From the NCBI GenBank assembly GCA_020348925.1, contig CP070758.1, forward strand, positions 1,382,469-1,446,468: DNA of 64,000 nt, in the 5' to 3' direction. Below are positions 1 to 10,677 of the stretch, piece after piece. This stretch comes from Gemmatimonadota bacterium. Lineage in GTDB: Bacteria; JBHIER01; G020348925. The first letter of the stretch is position 1, and every line of letters begins with the position of its first letter. The position numbers and the translations under genes were made by a program. The notes beneath the pieces were generated by a model. That model had not been told where the DNA came from, ran no database searches, and saw only the letters and a program-made list of their open reading frames with translations.

Positions 1-1852
1 CGCTCCGGGTGCAGTCGGTGTTGATTGGTTCGGGCTCGGTCTCATCGTAAGGATCTATGACAATCCCGCCCTCATCTTACCCCTGGCCAGCTTCGAAGCG
101 AAGAGCGATGGAAGTTTTGGCTTTACTTTACCCTTTTCCCCAAGTGCCGGGAGTCTCCTCTTCCTTACGGCCAGTGATAGGGCGGGTCACGAAAGCGAGG
201 CAACACCGGTTGTTGTTCATTATGGCGTTGCCGCCCTGGAAGCTCAAAAAACTGTGACAGTCGTCGGGGATTTTGAGGCCAATCCTGGGGATACGCTGCT
301 GTACGAGGTGACCCTCTTCAACTGCGATGATATCATGCTGACAGGTGTGACGTTCACCGATGTGCCTGATGTTTACACGTCCTTAGAAGTTGGCAGCGTT
401 ACCACTACCAAGGGGACCATAACCTCAGGCAACACAATAGGTGATACATTTGTCGGGGTGACCATTGGCACGTTAACAAGCGGAGAGACTGTTCATATTT
501 CCTTTCCGGTGCGCATCGATCCCGCTTTGCCTGAGGAGGTTCAGCACGTTTCAAATCAGGGTATTGTGCTGTGCGCCGAACTGCCTCTGACGCCAACGGA
601 TGATCCGACGACTCCAAATCCTGCCGATGCAACGGTTGTCGAAGTGGTTCCCACAGTCGTGACAGTGACGTATCACCTCTATCCGGGATGGAATACCCTT
701 TCCGTTCCCGTCATCCCCCTCAATCCCAACATATGGGATCTCTTCCCCGACGCTGAGGACATCTGGGGCTACAACGGCGGGTATATCCCTGTGGGCGCGG
801 TAACACCTGGGCAGGGTTATTTCATACTCTACAACAGTGAAACCTTTATCAATATAACTGGAAGTGCTGTAGATAATTACGAAAAAAACCTCCAGTACGG
901 CTGGAACTTCCTTGGCTCTATCATCGAAGAAGTCCCGGTATCCACTATCCTCAACACCGATACTGGTCAACCGGCCACGGAATCGTGTCTGGATCCCACG
1001 GCCGTCTATGAGTACACGAACGAACGGTACTTCTTCTCCACGCGGATAAAACCCACAAAGGCATACTGGGTCTTTGGTTTCGCTGACTGTCCCATCTTGG
1101 TCCGTTCCCAATTCGCAAAACTGACGCATCTTGCTCTGAAATTCGGGAGGGAAACGCTCTGGACGGCCAAGCTCTTTTTGGAGAATGAACATGGGACCCG
1201 AGTGCTGGAGTTTGGTGTGGCGGAGGGTGCAGGGCCTGGGTACGATCCTGGGCTCGATCTTCCAAGGCCACCCGCAATCCCGGGCAAAGATCTTTTAAGC
1301 GCTTCTTTCATAAACCCTTACCGCATAGATCTACAAAAAGATATCAGAAACACATCCAATCTCAAATGGATACTTGATGTTATCTCAGAAAAACAATTGA
1401 CTCTCGAATGGGACATGTCGCAGCTTCCTCCGGATCTGACTGTCGTTCTGTTGAAAGAACATGAAGAATCCATAGATATGAGAACTTCGACACATCTCAC
1501 TATAGGGGAAGGACACCATCAACTCCGCATACAGGTCCATTCTCTCCCTGAAACCTTTCAGCTGCTTCAAAACTGTCCCAATCCGTTCAATCCCACGACC
1601 ACTATCTCCTACACCGTTCCAACCGGATCGGCCCCGAACACGGACCGTTCTCCATTCATCAGTCTTAGAATATACAACCTTCTGGGCCAGGAAGTACGGA
1701 CATTGGTGGACGGCGAAATGAAACCGGGGCGTTACACCGTGACGTGGGACGGGCGGGATGATTTCGGCCGCGAAGTTTCGGGCGGGGTCTATTTTTACCG
1801 CCTCCATACGAGTCGTTTCAGCCAGACAAGACGGATGGTGTTACTTAAATAG
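1..1852 (+). CDS. Secreted modular protein, 5'-partial: DUF11-like Ig domain, two 'L-x-x-GWN' repeats, FlgD-Ig/T9SS-A-like C-terminal domain
   Basis: The frame of ORF 254..1852 is open back to base 2, so the gene starts before the window. It has the DUF11-like 'PGDTLLYEVTLFN...TFTD' and the C-terminus 'LLQNCPNPFNPTTTISY...IYNLLGQEVRTLV...WDGRD...GVYFYRL...TRRMVLLK'. Confidence 0.8.
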   Translation, partial: APGAVGVDWFGLGLIVRIYDNPALILPLASFEAKSDGSFGFTLPFSPSAGSLLFLTASDRAGHESEATPVVVHYGVAALEAQKTVTVVGDFEANPGDTLLYEVTLFNCDDIMLTGVTFTDVPDVYTSLEVGSVTTTKGTITSGNTIGDTFVGVTIGTLTSGETVHISFPVRIDPALPEEVQHVSNQGIVLCAELPLTPTDDPTTPNPADATVVEVVPTVVTVTYHLYPGWNTLSVPVIPLNPNIWDLFPDAEDIWGYNGGYIPVGAVTPGQGYFILYNSETFINITGSAVDNYEKNLQYGWNFLGSIIEEVPVSTILNTDTGQPATESCLDPTAVYEYTNERYFFSTRIKPTKAYWVFGFADCPILVRSQFAKLTHLALKFGRETLWTAKLFLENEHGTRVLEFGVAEGAGPGYDPGLDLPRPPAIPGKDLLSASFINPYRIDLQKDIRNTSNLKWILDVISEKQLTLEWDMSQLPPDLTVVLLKEHEESIDMRTSTHLTIGEGHHQLRIQVHSLPETFQLLQNCPNPFNPTTTISYTVPTGSAPNTDRSPFISLRIYNLLGQEVRTLVDGEMKPGRYTVTWDGRDDFGREVSGGVYFYRLHTSRFSQTRRMVLLK

Positions 1853-2130
1853 GATGAGAACTACTGATATGTAAAGGGAGGAATTGTGTGAGTATCAATT
1901 ACTCTGATTTTCTATAAGGCACTCGATATTTCTGGAGAAATACTTTATCCGTAAGTCATCCCAAAAATACTTGTCAGCTGCTGTATATATTCCGAATAAT
2001 TAAATAATTTGAAATCCCCCAATGTTGCACTCTAGAAGGCGAAACATATATTCAATTCTTGTTTTATATCTCCTTGGTAAACAATACTATTTTTGAGATA
2101 TATATTTATTATGCATGATAGGATTACAAT

Positions 2131-4338
2131 ATGAAATCTGAAGAACGAAACTGGGGACAGGTGCAACTAATTTTTTCTCTTGTCGCTGGCATCACCATAA
2201 TAGCTCACTTCATTGCCTCATTTTTCCCATCTGGACGAACATGGGGATTCCATCATCTTCTATTTTTTCCGCTCTGGGTGCGAGTTTTACTAACCCTAAT
2301 TGGTCTTTCAATATGTGTTTCTGGTGTTAACAAGCACCTATCGGTTTTTCTACAAGTTATGGCAAACTTTCTCTTCAGGAAGAAACGACTTGAGAGGTAT
2401 ATCATTTTAGTGTCTCTAAGTTTCTTTTCCTTTGTCGTTTTCTGGCTTCTCAGAACCAAGACACATTTCTTAGGGGATGGCTATTTGCGGATAAGAAGCC
2501 TGGAAGCAGGTAATATATTCTCAACGGTTGAGCCTTTGGATACATATCTCCATTTTATGGCCCATAAGTTCTTCAGTATTTTAGGAACTGTTGATCCAAC
2601 AACGACGTATGCAATTCTCAGTTGCTTATCAGGGGCTTTGTTTGTCTTCATTATTCTTATTCTTTCTGGTTCTTGGACAAATAATCCGTTGCATGCTACT
2701 TTTATCTCCCTTTCCGTTGTTACTATGGGTTTGATGCAACTCTTTTTTGGGTACGTTGAAAACTATACCCTAATGACAACAGGAATGTTGTTATACATAA
2801 TGACTTCTTTGCTTTATCTTCATGAGAAATGCGATATAGTCTTACCTTCATTCTTGCTGGGCCTCACTATCTGTTTCCACACAGTCGCATTTCCCTTAGT
2901 TGGTTCACTTACCTATTTAATCTTTGCTAAGACAAAAGCACGTCAGAAAAGTCCTCTCTATAAAAATCTTGTAAAATGCATTGTAGCTTTCTCCCTTCCA
3001 TTAATTGGGCTCGGCATTATGGCCATTCATCTCGAGTATGGTCCGAAAGTCATTCTCAGAGAAACCGGTCAAGAGATCTTTCTTCCAATCTTTCCCCAAA
3101 ATGCTAATTCCGCATATTCCATACTCTCTGTTGCTCATCTCTTTGATTTTATAAATGAACAAATTCTTATTTCTCCGGTTGGAATAATACTAATTATATT
3201 GATACTTAAATTTTGGAAGAAAATCAATTTTCATGATAATACATCACGGTTTCTTTTTATTTCCAGTTCCTGTCTGCTCTTGTTTACTTTCGCTCTAAAT
3301 CCTAAATTAGGATTAAGTCGTGACTGGGACCTTTTCTCTCTTCCTGGATTGTCTTACACTCTTCTTGCTCTGTACCTTGCCATTTCATACATCAAGGATA
3401 ACCAAGTTTTGAAATCAATTGGGATAGTTTGTATCGTTGTTAATCTGCTTCACACTGTTCCCTGGATTCTGGTCAATGCTCATGAGAACAAATCTATCGA
3501 GAGATTTGAGCTTTTGGTCCAAACCAAAAAAATCCGCACTTCATATTATGCCTATGAAGAGCTCGGCACTTATTTTCGGAATACAGATAAACCCGAGAAT
3601 GCCATTGATTACTACAAGAAGGCCATAGAAGTGAATCCAAGTAATTGGCGGTTGCACAATCTTCTGGGAAGTACTTTTTCTTCCCTACAAAAGTATGATG
3701 AAGCTATCCTTGAATTCGAAGTGGCAAAAAAATTGGCTCCAAAGCAGGCCTCAATACCTCACAATTTGGGTCTAACATACATGCATAAAGGAACATATGA
3801 TATGGCAATAAATGAATTGATAAAGGCAATAATGTTAGACCCTAAAGATCCTGACAAATTTCAAAACTTGGGTGAAGTTTTTCTTGAGAAAAAAATGTAT
3901 AGTGAGGCACTTGATCAATTTAAAAAGGCCTCTGACCTTGATCCTGATAATTCTGAAAGGACGAAAAGGCTCAATCTGTTAAGATCCATTGCTCATTATA
4001 ATTTAGGGTCAATCTTCGGGAAGCAAGGCATTTATGATCAAGCTATAGTAGAGTTAAGGAAAGCCATCCAACTAAATCCGTTTGATGCAGATGCCTATGT
4101 GAATCTTGGGATTGTTTTAATGAAAAGCCATTTATACGGTGAGGCAGAGGTTCAATTTAAGAAAGCCACTGAGCTTCAGCCACAGCGAGCCAGCTATCAT
4201 TTTAATCTGGGAAATATTTATTGGATTCAAAACAATCAGAAGGAAGCTATAAGCGAATGGCGCAGAACACTAAACATTGATCCAAATCATATTGAGGCCA
4301 AGAGGCTATTAAGGGAAGCGACTGGAGTGCAATATTAA
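2131..4338 (+). CDS. Polytopic membrane protein (possibly GT-C-like) with C-terminal TPR repeats
   Basis: About 450 aa of hydrophobic helices followed by multiple TPR motifs (e.g. 'AHYNLGSIFGKQGIYDQAIVELRKAIQLNP'). Markedly AT-rich relative to its flanks. Confidence 0.8.
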   Translation: MKSEERNWGQVQLIFSLVAGITIIAHFIASFFPSGRTWGFHHLLFFPLWVRVLLTLIGLSICVSGVNKHLSVFLQVMANFLFRKKRLERYIILVSLSFFSFVVFWLLRTKTHFLGDGYLRIRSLEAGNIFSTVEPLDTYLHFMAHKFFSILGTVDPTTTYAILSCLSGALFVFIILILSGSWTNNPLHATFISLSVVTMGLMQLFFGYVENYTLMTTGMLLYIMTSLLYLHEKCDIVLPSFLLGLTICFHTVAFPLVGSLTYLIFAKTKARQKSPLYKNLVKCIVAFSLPLIGLGIMAIHLEYGPKVILRETGQEIFLPIFPQNANSAYSILSVAHLFDFINEQILISPVGIILIILILKFWKKINFHDNTSRFLFISSSCLLLFTFALNPKLGLSRDWDLFSLPGLSYTLLALYLAISYIKDNQVLKSIGIVCIVVNLLHTVPWILVNAHENKSIERFELLVQTKKIRTSYYAYEELGTYFRNTDKPENAIDYYKKAIEVNPSNWRLHNLLGSTFSSLQKYDEAILEFEVAKKLAPKQASIPHNLGLTYMHKGTYDMAINELIKAIMLDPKDPDKFQNLGEVFLEKKMYSEALDQFKKASDLDPDNSERTKRLNLLRSIAHYNLGSIFGKQGIYDQAIVELRKAIQLNPFDADAYVNLGIVLMKSHLYGEAEVQFKKATELQPQRASYHFNLGNIYWIQNNQKEAISEWRRTLNIDPNHIEAKRLLREATGVQY

Positions 4339-4466
4339 AGAGATAGACTCAAAAGAAAAAACAGATTCGCTTTATTTAAAAAGGCTATTCATGGTAAAAA
4401 GACGAGCATGATTTTTATCAATTTTGGTTGAAATAGTGAGTTTTTAAGAAAAATCCAAAGTGATGA

Positions 4467-4544
4467 TTATCTTTGCCTGGCATGAACATCCAGACCAAGA
4501 AAAAAATCTTGACCTGAAAAATCTATACCTTTACTTGTACACAT
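4467..4544 (-). pseudogene. IS110-family transposase N-terminal remnant (25 codons)
   Basis: AGGAGG RBS, then MCTSKGIDFSGQDFFLGLDVHARQR*, which matches the IS110 RuvC-like start motif (x-G-L/I-D-V-H). It stops immediately afterwards. Confidence 0.6.
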
Positions 4545-4588
4545 GGGAGTCCTCCTTTCTTTGTGAGTGTTTTGAATCCAATAAATAT

Positions 4589-4688
4589 NNNNNNNNNNNN
4601 NNNNNNNNNNNNNNNNNNNNNNNNNNNNNNNNNNNNNNNNNNNNNNNNNNNNNNNNNNNNNNNNNNNNNNNNNNNNNNNNNNNNNNNN
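4589..4688. other. Assembly gap (100 N)
   Basis: Run of N. Confidence 1.
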
Positions 4689-4774
4689 CCCGGTTCGATC
4701 CGGGGCGGCCTTCCGGCCTGGTTGTGTGAGAGGTATAAGAGCTTGGAGCGAACCTGAGGGTTCGTTCCAGAGAG

Positions 4775-4815
4775 AAGAGGCCCCTGGGACCTGGAGGTTC
4801 GAGGGGTCTTTTTTT
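4775..4815 (+). terminator. Probable intrinsic terminator
   Basis: AAGAGGCCCCT...AGGGGTCTTTTTTT: GC-rich stem followed by a T-tract. Confidence 0.5.
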
Positions 4816-5072
4816 GTGCTCGCAATGACAGGCATAACGGCGTCCGGGTTCGCAGTGACAGGCATGGAGAAGAGAACGGAACGGTTGCATTTCACAAAAA
4901 GCTGAAGAGAACAGTTTTTCCTTGACAGTGCACCTTTTTTGCTTATTTTTGCATAGTTCGTGATGTGTGAAGCTTCGCAGACACATCCTGGAATTGAATG
5001 GGAAATACAATGACTCGGTACGAGGTCGATGAATTGATAGGTATGCGGACCTGATTGGCGGGGAGGGACGTG

Positions 5073-8000
5073 GTGAAATTTGTAAAACATATTTTTTTCC
5101 TTTCAGTGCTCTCTTCTTTTTCCCTGTATTGCAGCGGAGCGCTTTGTGACCAACTCCCGACGCCTGGACAATACGGGGGCACAACATCGCAGGGCCACCC
5201 TGTTTCCTTCAGCGTGACACACAGTGGATTCGTGGAAAACTTCTGTATCATCCTGGACTACAGCTGCGATGATTGCTCGGGGAACAAAGAGATGTGTTTT
5301 GTGACCGAACAGTTCCAGATAACACAGAACCGTTTCCAGTACGATGCTCAGACACCGAACAGATTTGAACTGGGTGGACGTTTTTTCACGGAGTCGAATG
5401 CCTCCGGATTTCTGTATTACGTGACCGATCAGATATGCGGGTCCTGCGACAATTACGTCACCTGGAACACAACCTGTCTTGAATGCACACCATCGATCAC
5501 GATCACATCACCCAACGGTGGTGAACGATGGATCGCCGGTGCGATTCATCCCATTGCATGGATATACACCGGTCAGTTGCCGTTTTTAGAAATTTCTTAT
5601 AGTGTCCAGAGCGGGCAGTCGTGGATCACCATCGTTGATACCACGGCGAATATGGGTTCTTACCTGTGGACCGTTCCGGGCACACCTTCCGATTCCTGTC
5701 TCGTTCGGATCCGGAGTGTGGGTGACACGACGGTGACCGATGAGAGCGATGAGCCCTTCTCAATATGCATGCAACCGTTCATTACCGTCCTTTCTCCCAA
5801 CGGAGGTGAGAGATGGTTCCAGGGCGATGAGAACACGGTGCAGTGGACGTGGGAGGGGTGCCTCGATTCCGTGGCTCTCGACTATACCGTTGACGGCGGT
5901 CAGATATGGATGCGTCTTGCGGAGAGCGTGCCAAACACCGGAACCTTTGCCTGGAGTATTCCCCAGACCCCTTCCTCCGACTGCTTTGTCCGTGTTTCGG
6001 ACGTGACCGATGATGCTGTTTTCGACTCCAGCGACGCTCCGTTTCGAATCTGCGCTGACCTCTCACTGACGGTTCTGTCACCGAACGGAGGCGAGGAATG
6101 GATCGTTGGGAGTTCCCAACCGATCATGTGGGCCTCGTCCGAATGTGTCGATGAGGTGACTCTTGCGTATTCGATCGACAGTGGGGGTGATTGGATCCCC
6201 ATCGCTTCAGAGGTGCCTGACACCGGTTCCTATGTGTGGCTCGTTCCTGATACTCCGTCCGCCGCGTGTCTGGTCAAGGTGTGGGACGCAGGCGATGCAG
6301 CCGTCGTCGATTCGAGCGACGATGTTTTTTCCGTGTGTCAGGAGCCGTCCGTCCAGGTTCTGTGGCCGAACGGAGGGGAGAGGGTCATTGTCGATAGCGA
6401 TCATGATATCCAATGGCTTTCGACGGGATGCATCCATGATGTGACGGTTCTGTATAGCGTCGACGCCGGTCAGAACTGGATTTCCGTATCAGGCGGGACG
6501 CCTGATGACGGGACCTTTGAATGGACCATTCCGAACACTCCCTCAGCCGCGTGTCTTGTGAAAATCCATGTCTTCGGCGATACGACCCACTTTGATGTGA
6601 GTGACAGCCTGTTCGCAATCGAATTGACGCCTGCGTTGACGCTTCTTGCACCGAATGGAGGGGAGGAGTGGTGGGTCGGGAATACCTACGACGTTCTCTG
6701 GCAGAGCTGGGGGCCTGTGGGGGATGTGACGCTCGAGTATTCGACCGATAGCGGAGCAGGCTGGCAAGCTATTGCCGAGACGACCCAGAACACAGGTGTG
6801 TTCGAATGGAGCGTACCCTCCACACCGTCCAGCCTGTGCCTGGTCCGCATTAGTGACCTGCTGACAGGTACGGTTGCCGACACGAGTGACAGCCTGTTCT
6901 CGATCGCGCCGGCACCGGAGCTTTCGCTCATTGCACCAAGCGGAGGTGAGCGGTGGTATATCGGAGGCCAGTACGATATTCAATGGTCCTTTTCAGGCTC
7001 GATTGACCTTATTGGGATTGAATACTCTCTCACAGGTGGTGCTGCTTGGATTGCGGTTGCGGAAAGCACCTCAAATGATGGTCTGTACCGGTGGGAGATT
7101 CCCGAGACACCGTCGGAGCAGTGCCTCGTCCGCATCTATGACGTGGCCCATCCCGGAGTGGGTGACACGAGCGGGACCTTCATTATGACTGTTCTCTCCG
7201 ACATCACGCTGCACACTCCGAACGGGGGGGAGATCTGGCTTGTGGGGAGCACGTACGATATTGTCTGGTCGTCCGAAGGGTTGATCGATCAAGTTTCCAT
7301 CGCTTACTCTCACACCGGTGGCCTCTCCTGGATAACGATCAGAGACACGACGCTCAACGACGGTCTCCACGAATGGACCGTTCCAGCGCCTCCCTCTCTT
7401 TTGTGTCTCGTGCGCGTTTTCGACGTGACCGATCACAGTGTGGCCGACACGAGTGACAGTATTTTTACCGTTCGGGAGGCGCCGACCCTGTCCCTCGTAT
7501 CGCCCAATGGCGGCGAAGAGTGGCGGGTGGCAGATGTGCGGCAGATCCTATGGTCATCCACCGGCCTCGTGCCGACCGTGACCATTGAATATCGTGTAAC
7601 GGATGACTCCGAGTGGATACCGGTTGTTGGCAATACTCCCAATGATGGGAATTACGCCTGGACGATCCCGAACAACCCGTCGACAGAATGCTGGGTCCGA
7701 ATGTATGATTCGACCGATTCCGACGTAGCCGATACCAGCGATAGCTCCTTCACGATACTCCCCTTTGAGATGATCCTCAAAGTCTCCGACGGGAGCGGGA
7801 ATTCGGGCAGCTCGGATAACAGGGTCCATATTCAGGGGGACACGCGGGTGAGTTTAAGCTCTCTTTCCTTCTCCTTAGCATACGATCCGAGTGTTCTGAC
7901 GGCGACGAGTATCGTTGGGACCGAGCGCGTGGCCGACATGTCCCGTTTTTGGTGGGATCATACGGCACCGGGAAGTTTGGGTGTGATCCTTGAAGATGGG

Positions 8001-10637
8001 ATTCTTCCCGCAGGTGAGGGTGTGCTCGTGTCGGTGCTCTTCGATGTTTCAGGGACCGCCCTTCCCGGTGAATATGGGCTGGCCCTGTCCGCCTGTGCTC
8101 TCCGGGATACATTGGGGCGCGAATCTCTTCTGTGTGCCACTGAGGATGGGATCTTTACAGTCTATCCCAGGGAAACTTTTTCGATTGCAGGTGCTATCCG
8201 CGACAACAGCGGTCAGGGTGTGGAAGGTGTTACGGTCACCTTAATGGGCGACAGCTCAGAGGTCTTCACGACGTCGGCGAGCGGTTTGTACCAGTTTCAC
8301 CAACTAGCGACCGGGGAGTACAGCGTGCTGCCTAGAAAAGGGTGCTGGACCTTTCAGCCACCCTGGCGTCACTACACCTCCCTCGATACGAATTATGATC
8401 ATGAAGATTTCAAGGGATTCACTCTGGGGCGCTCTTTCCTCGGTTGGACTGAGGGTGTGGGAGAGACAGAACTGAGGGACGGAGCGTTGGAGGATACATT
8501 TGCCGTCTGGTTTGATCCCGGTCTGCCCTGCTCGCTCTATGCTGTCGAAGCGGCCTTCAACACGCCGGGGACAATCATGATTTTTGTGTGGGATGCAGGA
8601 CCCAATGCACCTCACCATGGCGTGGCTCCGGAGAGGGGTACGTTTCCCGGGTCACCTCTCGGTGATCCGATCGTTGGTCCTTTTCCCTTCACGGTTCAAG
8701 GCAGCGGTGACTGGGAGCGTCTCAACCTTGTTCAGACCGGTTCCGTTCCGGTGTTCGGAGGTCCGGATGAACCCGGGCGTTCCTTCTTCGTGGGATGGGT
8801 CAAGGTCGTTCCTGGTCCGTATCCTGACAACGTGCCCCATGTCTTGGGACAACAGGTCTTGTCAGATGCGACGCATTCCTGGTTCGGCGGACCGTGGATC
8901 GGACCCGGGGGACCGGATGAGAGAGAGCACCCTTGGGGGGGGTACGGAGGCAGTCTCAACGGATCCCCGCCTGTGGAGTATGCTGTCAGACTGGATGTCT
9001 CGTTTCCCTGGTGTCCCCTCGTTGTCTCCGCGGGTCTGCCAGATGTGGCCGGCGATGAGGGAGATACACTCTCTGTCCCGCTCTATGTCTATTCAAATGT
9101 TACGGGTTTGGACGTTCGCTCGTACGCCTGTGAAATCGGCTATGATGAAACCCTTTTGGAGGTACATGGGTGTGTCAGCCTGCCAGGTGATATGACGCGG
9201 GATTGGGGGGCGCCGACGTGCCAGGCGGATGTCCCTGGCAGACTGATGCTCAGCCAGGCAGGATCGTCGGCCCTGGTGGGAACGGGGATGCTCATCCATC
9301 TGCAATTTCGGCTCTTGAGCGGTTGGAGAGAATGCAGCGATCTCACCTTTGTCGAATTTGTGTTCAATGATGGTACACCTCAGGTGAGCGCTGGGAACGG
9401 CCGCATCTGCGTGGAGGCGGGGAGTCAGCGGTGTCACATCTCCGGCCGCGTTCTCCATTATGCCACTCGCAATCCTGTTGCTGAAACCGACCTTGTGTTT
9501 TCCGCCGGCGATTCGGACACGATCCAGACGGACGGTGACGGGTTCTATATCTTCGAGCGGCGGTTGTGCTCCCTCGATGATACACTGTGTGCTTCCATGC
9601 GAGATTATCCGTCTCATGGTGTGACGGCCTATGATGCGGCCCTGGTCGCTCAGACGGCAGCCGGGATGATAACCCTCTCCCCGCTGCAGCACATTGCCGG
9701 TGATGTGAGTGCCAATTGTGCTGTCTCCACCTACGATGCTGCTCTCATTGCCCGGTATGCCGCCGAGCTCATCTCGTCCTTTCCCACAGGACCGTGGATG
9801 ATGGTGCCTGAGAAGGAGACCGTCACCGAAGAAAACTGGTGTTCCGTGCCCTCCTGTTTGATGCATACGCCGCTGGCAATGAACAGAGACGGACAGGACT
9901 TTCTGGCGGTTCCGGTGGGGGATGTGAGCGGCAACTGGAGCTCCGCCCGGCGCATGTTTCCGAAGTCCCCGCCGATACCGCTGTGGCAGGACATGATCCT
10001 CACCAGGGGGCAAGTCTGTACCCTTCCTCTCCTGCTGGCCCAGGAAGAGGAGATCGTGGCTCTTGATCTCGGATTGACGTACGATCCTTCCGTGCTCACT
10101 CTGGAGGCGGCTTCCCGGACGGCAGCCACAGAGGATTTCATGTTGGTTGTGAACCATCGAGCCGGAGGCGCTGCCCTTTCCCTGTACGGCCGTTCTCCTG
10201 TCAGAGGATCGGAGGCTGTGCTCGAACTCCGGTTTCTCGTCATCGGTGAAGAAGGTGCAAGAAGCCTGCTCAAGGTGAACAAGCTGCTCGTCAATGAAAG
10301 GTCCGTTGCCGTTGCCGAGACACGGCTGTCTGTGAGAGGGAACCTTCCCCACGAATATGGTCTGGAACAGAATGTGCCCAACCCCTTCAATCCTGTAACG
10401 ACCATTCGATATCATATACCACGGACCGATGGACCGGTTCGCGCCACGCTCACCCTGTATAATGTCCTGGGACAGGAGATAAAGAGATTGGTTGAGGACG
10501 ATCACGCAGCGGGTACGTACGACGTCGTATGGGACGGAACGGACGACAAAGGATGTAAGGTCTCCAGCGGTATCTATTTCTACCGACTGGGAACGGACAC
10601 GTTTGTGCAGACTCGAAAAATGGTCTACTTACGGTAA
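5073..10637 (+). CDS. Large secreted modular protein: 8 'PNGGE-W' Ig-like repeats, 3 cohesin-like domains, 2 CarboxypepD_reg-like domains, a dockerin-like segment and an FlgD-Ig/T9SS-like C-terminal domain
   Basis: Signal peptide; GTG start after GGAGGG. Eight ~93-aa repeats begin 'SPNGGExW'. Cohesin-like segments include 'LSFSLAYDPSVL', 'SYACEIGYDETLL' and 'LDLGLTYDPSVL'. Dockerin-like 'VTAYDAALVAQ...GDVSANCAVSTYDAALIARY'. C-terminal 'QNVPNPFNP...TRKMVYLR'. Confidence 0.85.
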   Translation: MKFVKHIFFLSVLSSFSLYCSGALCDQLPTPGQYGGTTSQGHPVSFSVTHSGFVENFCIILDYSCDDCSGNKEMCFVTEQFQITQNRFQYDAQTPNRFELGGRFFTESNASGFLYYVTDQICGSCDNYVTWNTTCLECTPSITITSPNGGERWIAGAIHPIAWIYTGQLPFLEISYSVQSGQSWITIVDTTANMGSYLWTVPGTPSDSCLVRIRSVGDTTVTDESDEPFSICMQPFITVLSPNGGERWFQGDENTVQWTWEGCLDSVALDYTVDGGQIWMRLAESVPNTGTFAWSIPQTPSSDCFVRVSDVTDDAVFDSSDAPFRICADLSLTVLSPNGGEEWIVGSSQPIMWASSECVDEVTLAYSIDSGGDWIPIASEVPDTGSYVWLVPDTPSAACLVKVWDAGDAAVVDSSDDVFSVCQEPSVQVLWPNGGERVIVDSDHDIQWLSTGCIHDVTVLYSVDAGQNWISVSGGTPDDGTFEWTIPNTPSAACLVKIHVFGDTTHFDVSDSLFAIELTPALTLLAPNGGEEWWVGNTYDVLWQSWGPVGDVTLEYSTDSGAGWQAIAETTQNTGVFEWSVPSTPSSLCLVRISDLLTGTVADTSDSLFSIAPAPELSLIAPSGGERWYIGGQYDIQWSFSGSIDLIGIEYSLTGGAAWIAVAESTSNDGLYRWEIPETPSEQCLVRIYDVAHPGVGDTSGTFIMTVLSDITLHTPNGGEIWLVGSTYDIVWSSEGLIDQVSIAYSHTGGLSWITIRDTTLNDGLHEWTVPAPPSLLCLVRVFDVTDHSVADTSDSIFTVREAPTLSLVSPNGGEEWRVADVRQILWSSTGLVPTVTIEYRVTDDSEWIPVVGNTPNDGNYAWTIPNNPSTECWVRMYDSTDSDVADTSDSSFTILPFEMILKVSDGSGNSGSSDNRVHIQGDTRVSLSSLSFSLAYDPSVLTATSIVGTERVADMSRFWWDHTAPGSLGVILEDGILPAGEGVLVSVLFDVSGTALPGEYGLALSACALRDTLGRESLLCATEDGIFTVYPRETFSIAGAIRDNSGQGVEGVTVTLMGDSSEVFTTSASGLYQFHQLATGEYSVLPRKGCWTFQPPWRHYTSLDTNYDHEDFKGFTLGRSFLGWTEGVGETELRDGALEDTFAVWFDPGLPCSLYAVEAAFNTPGTIMIFVWDAGPNAPHHGVAPERGTFPGSPLGDPIVGPFPFTVQGSGDWERLNLVQTGSVPVFGGPDEPGRSFFVGWVKVVPGPYPDNVPHVLGQQVLSDATHSWFGGPWIGPGGPDEREHPWGGYGGSLNGSPPVEYAVRLDVSFPWCPLVVSAGLPDVAGDEGDTLSVPLYVYSNVTGLDVRSYACEIGYDETLLEVHGCVSLPGDMTRDWGAPTCQADVPGRLMLSQAGSSALVGTGMLIHLQFRLLSGWRECSDLTFVEFVFNDGTPQVSAGNGRICVEAGSQRCHISGRVLHYATRNPVAETDLVFSAGDSDTIQTDGDGFYIFERRLCSLDDTLCASMRDYPSHGVTAYDAALVAQTAAGMITLSPLQHIAGDVSANCAVSTYDAALIARYAAELISSFPTGPWMMVPEKETVTEENWCSVPSCLMHTPLAMNRDGQDFLAVPVGDVSGNWSSARRMFPKSPPIPLWQDMILTRGQVCTLPLLLAQEEEIVALDLGLTYDPSVLTLEAASRTAATEDFMLVVNHRAGGAALSLYGRSPVRGSEAVLELRFLVIGEEGARSLLKVNKLLVNERSVAVAETRLSVRGNLPHEYGLEQNVPNPFNPVTTIRYHIPRTDGPVRATLTLYNVLGQEIKRLVEDDHAAGTYDVVWDGTDDKGCKVSSGIYFYRLGTDTFVQTRKMVYLR

Positions 10638-10677
10638 TGGATATGATGAGTGCGGTTGGTCTCTTGCGGGAATCAGA

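Noticed and set aside
4689-4712. tRNA T-arm-like GGTTCGATCC
   Set aside because: The loop is 6 nt rather than 7, there is no acceptor-stem/CCA end, and the upstream sequence is a gap.
9093-10505. 470-aa minus-strand ORF and other long antisense ORFs (e.g. 41336..42274, 58958..59845, 551..1192)
   Set aside because: Shadow frames of well-supported genes with no recognisable motifs.
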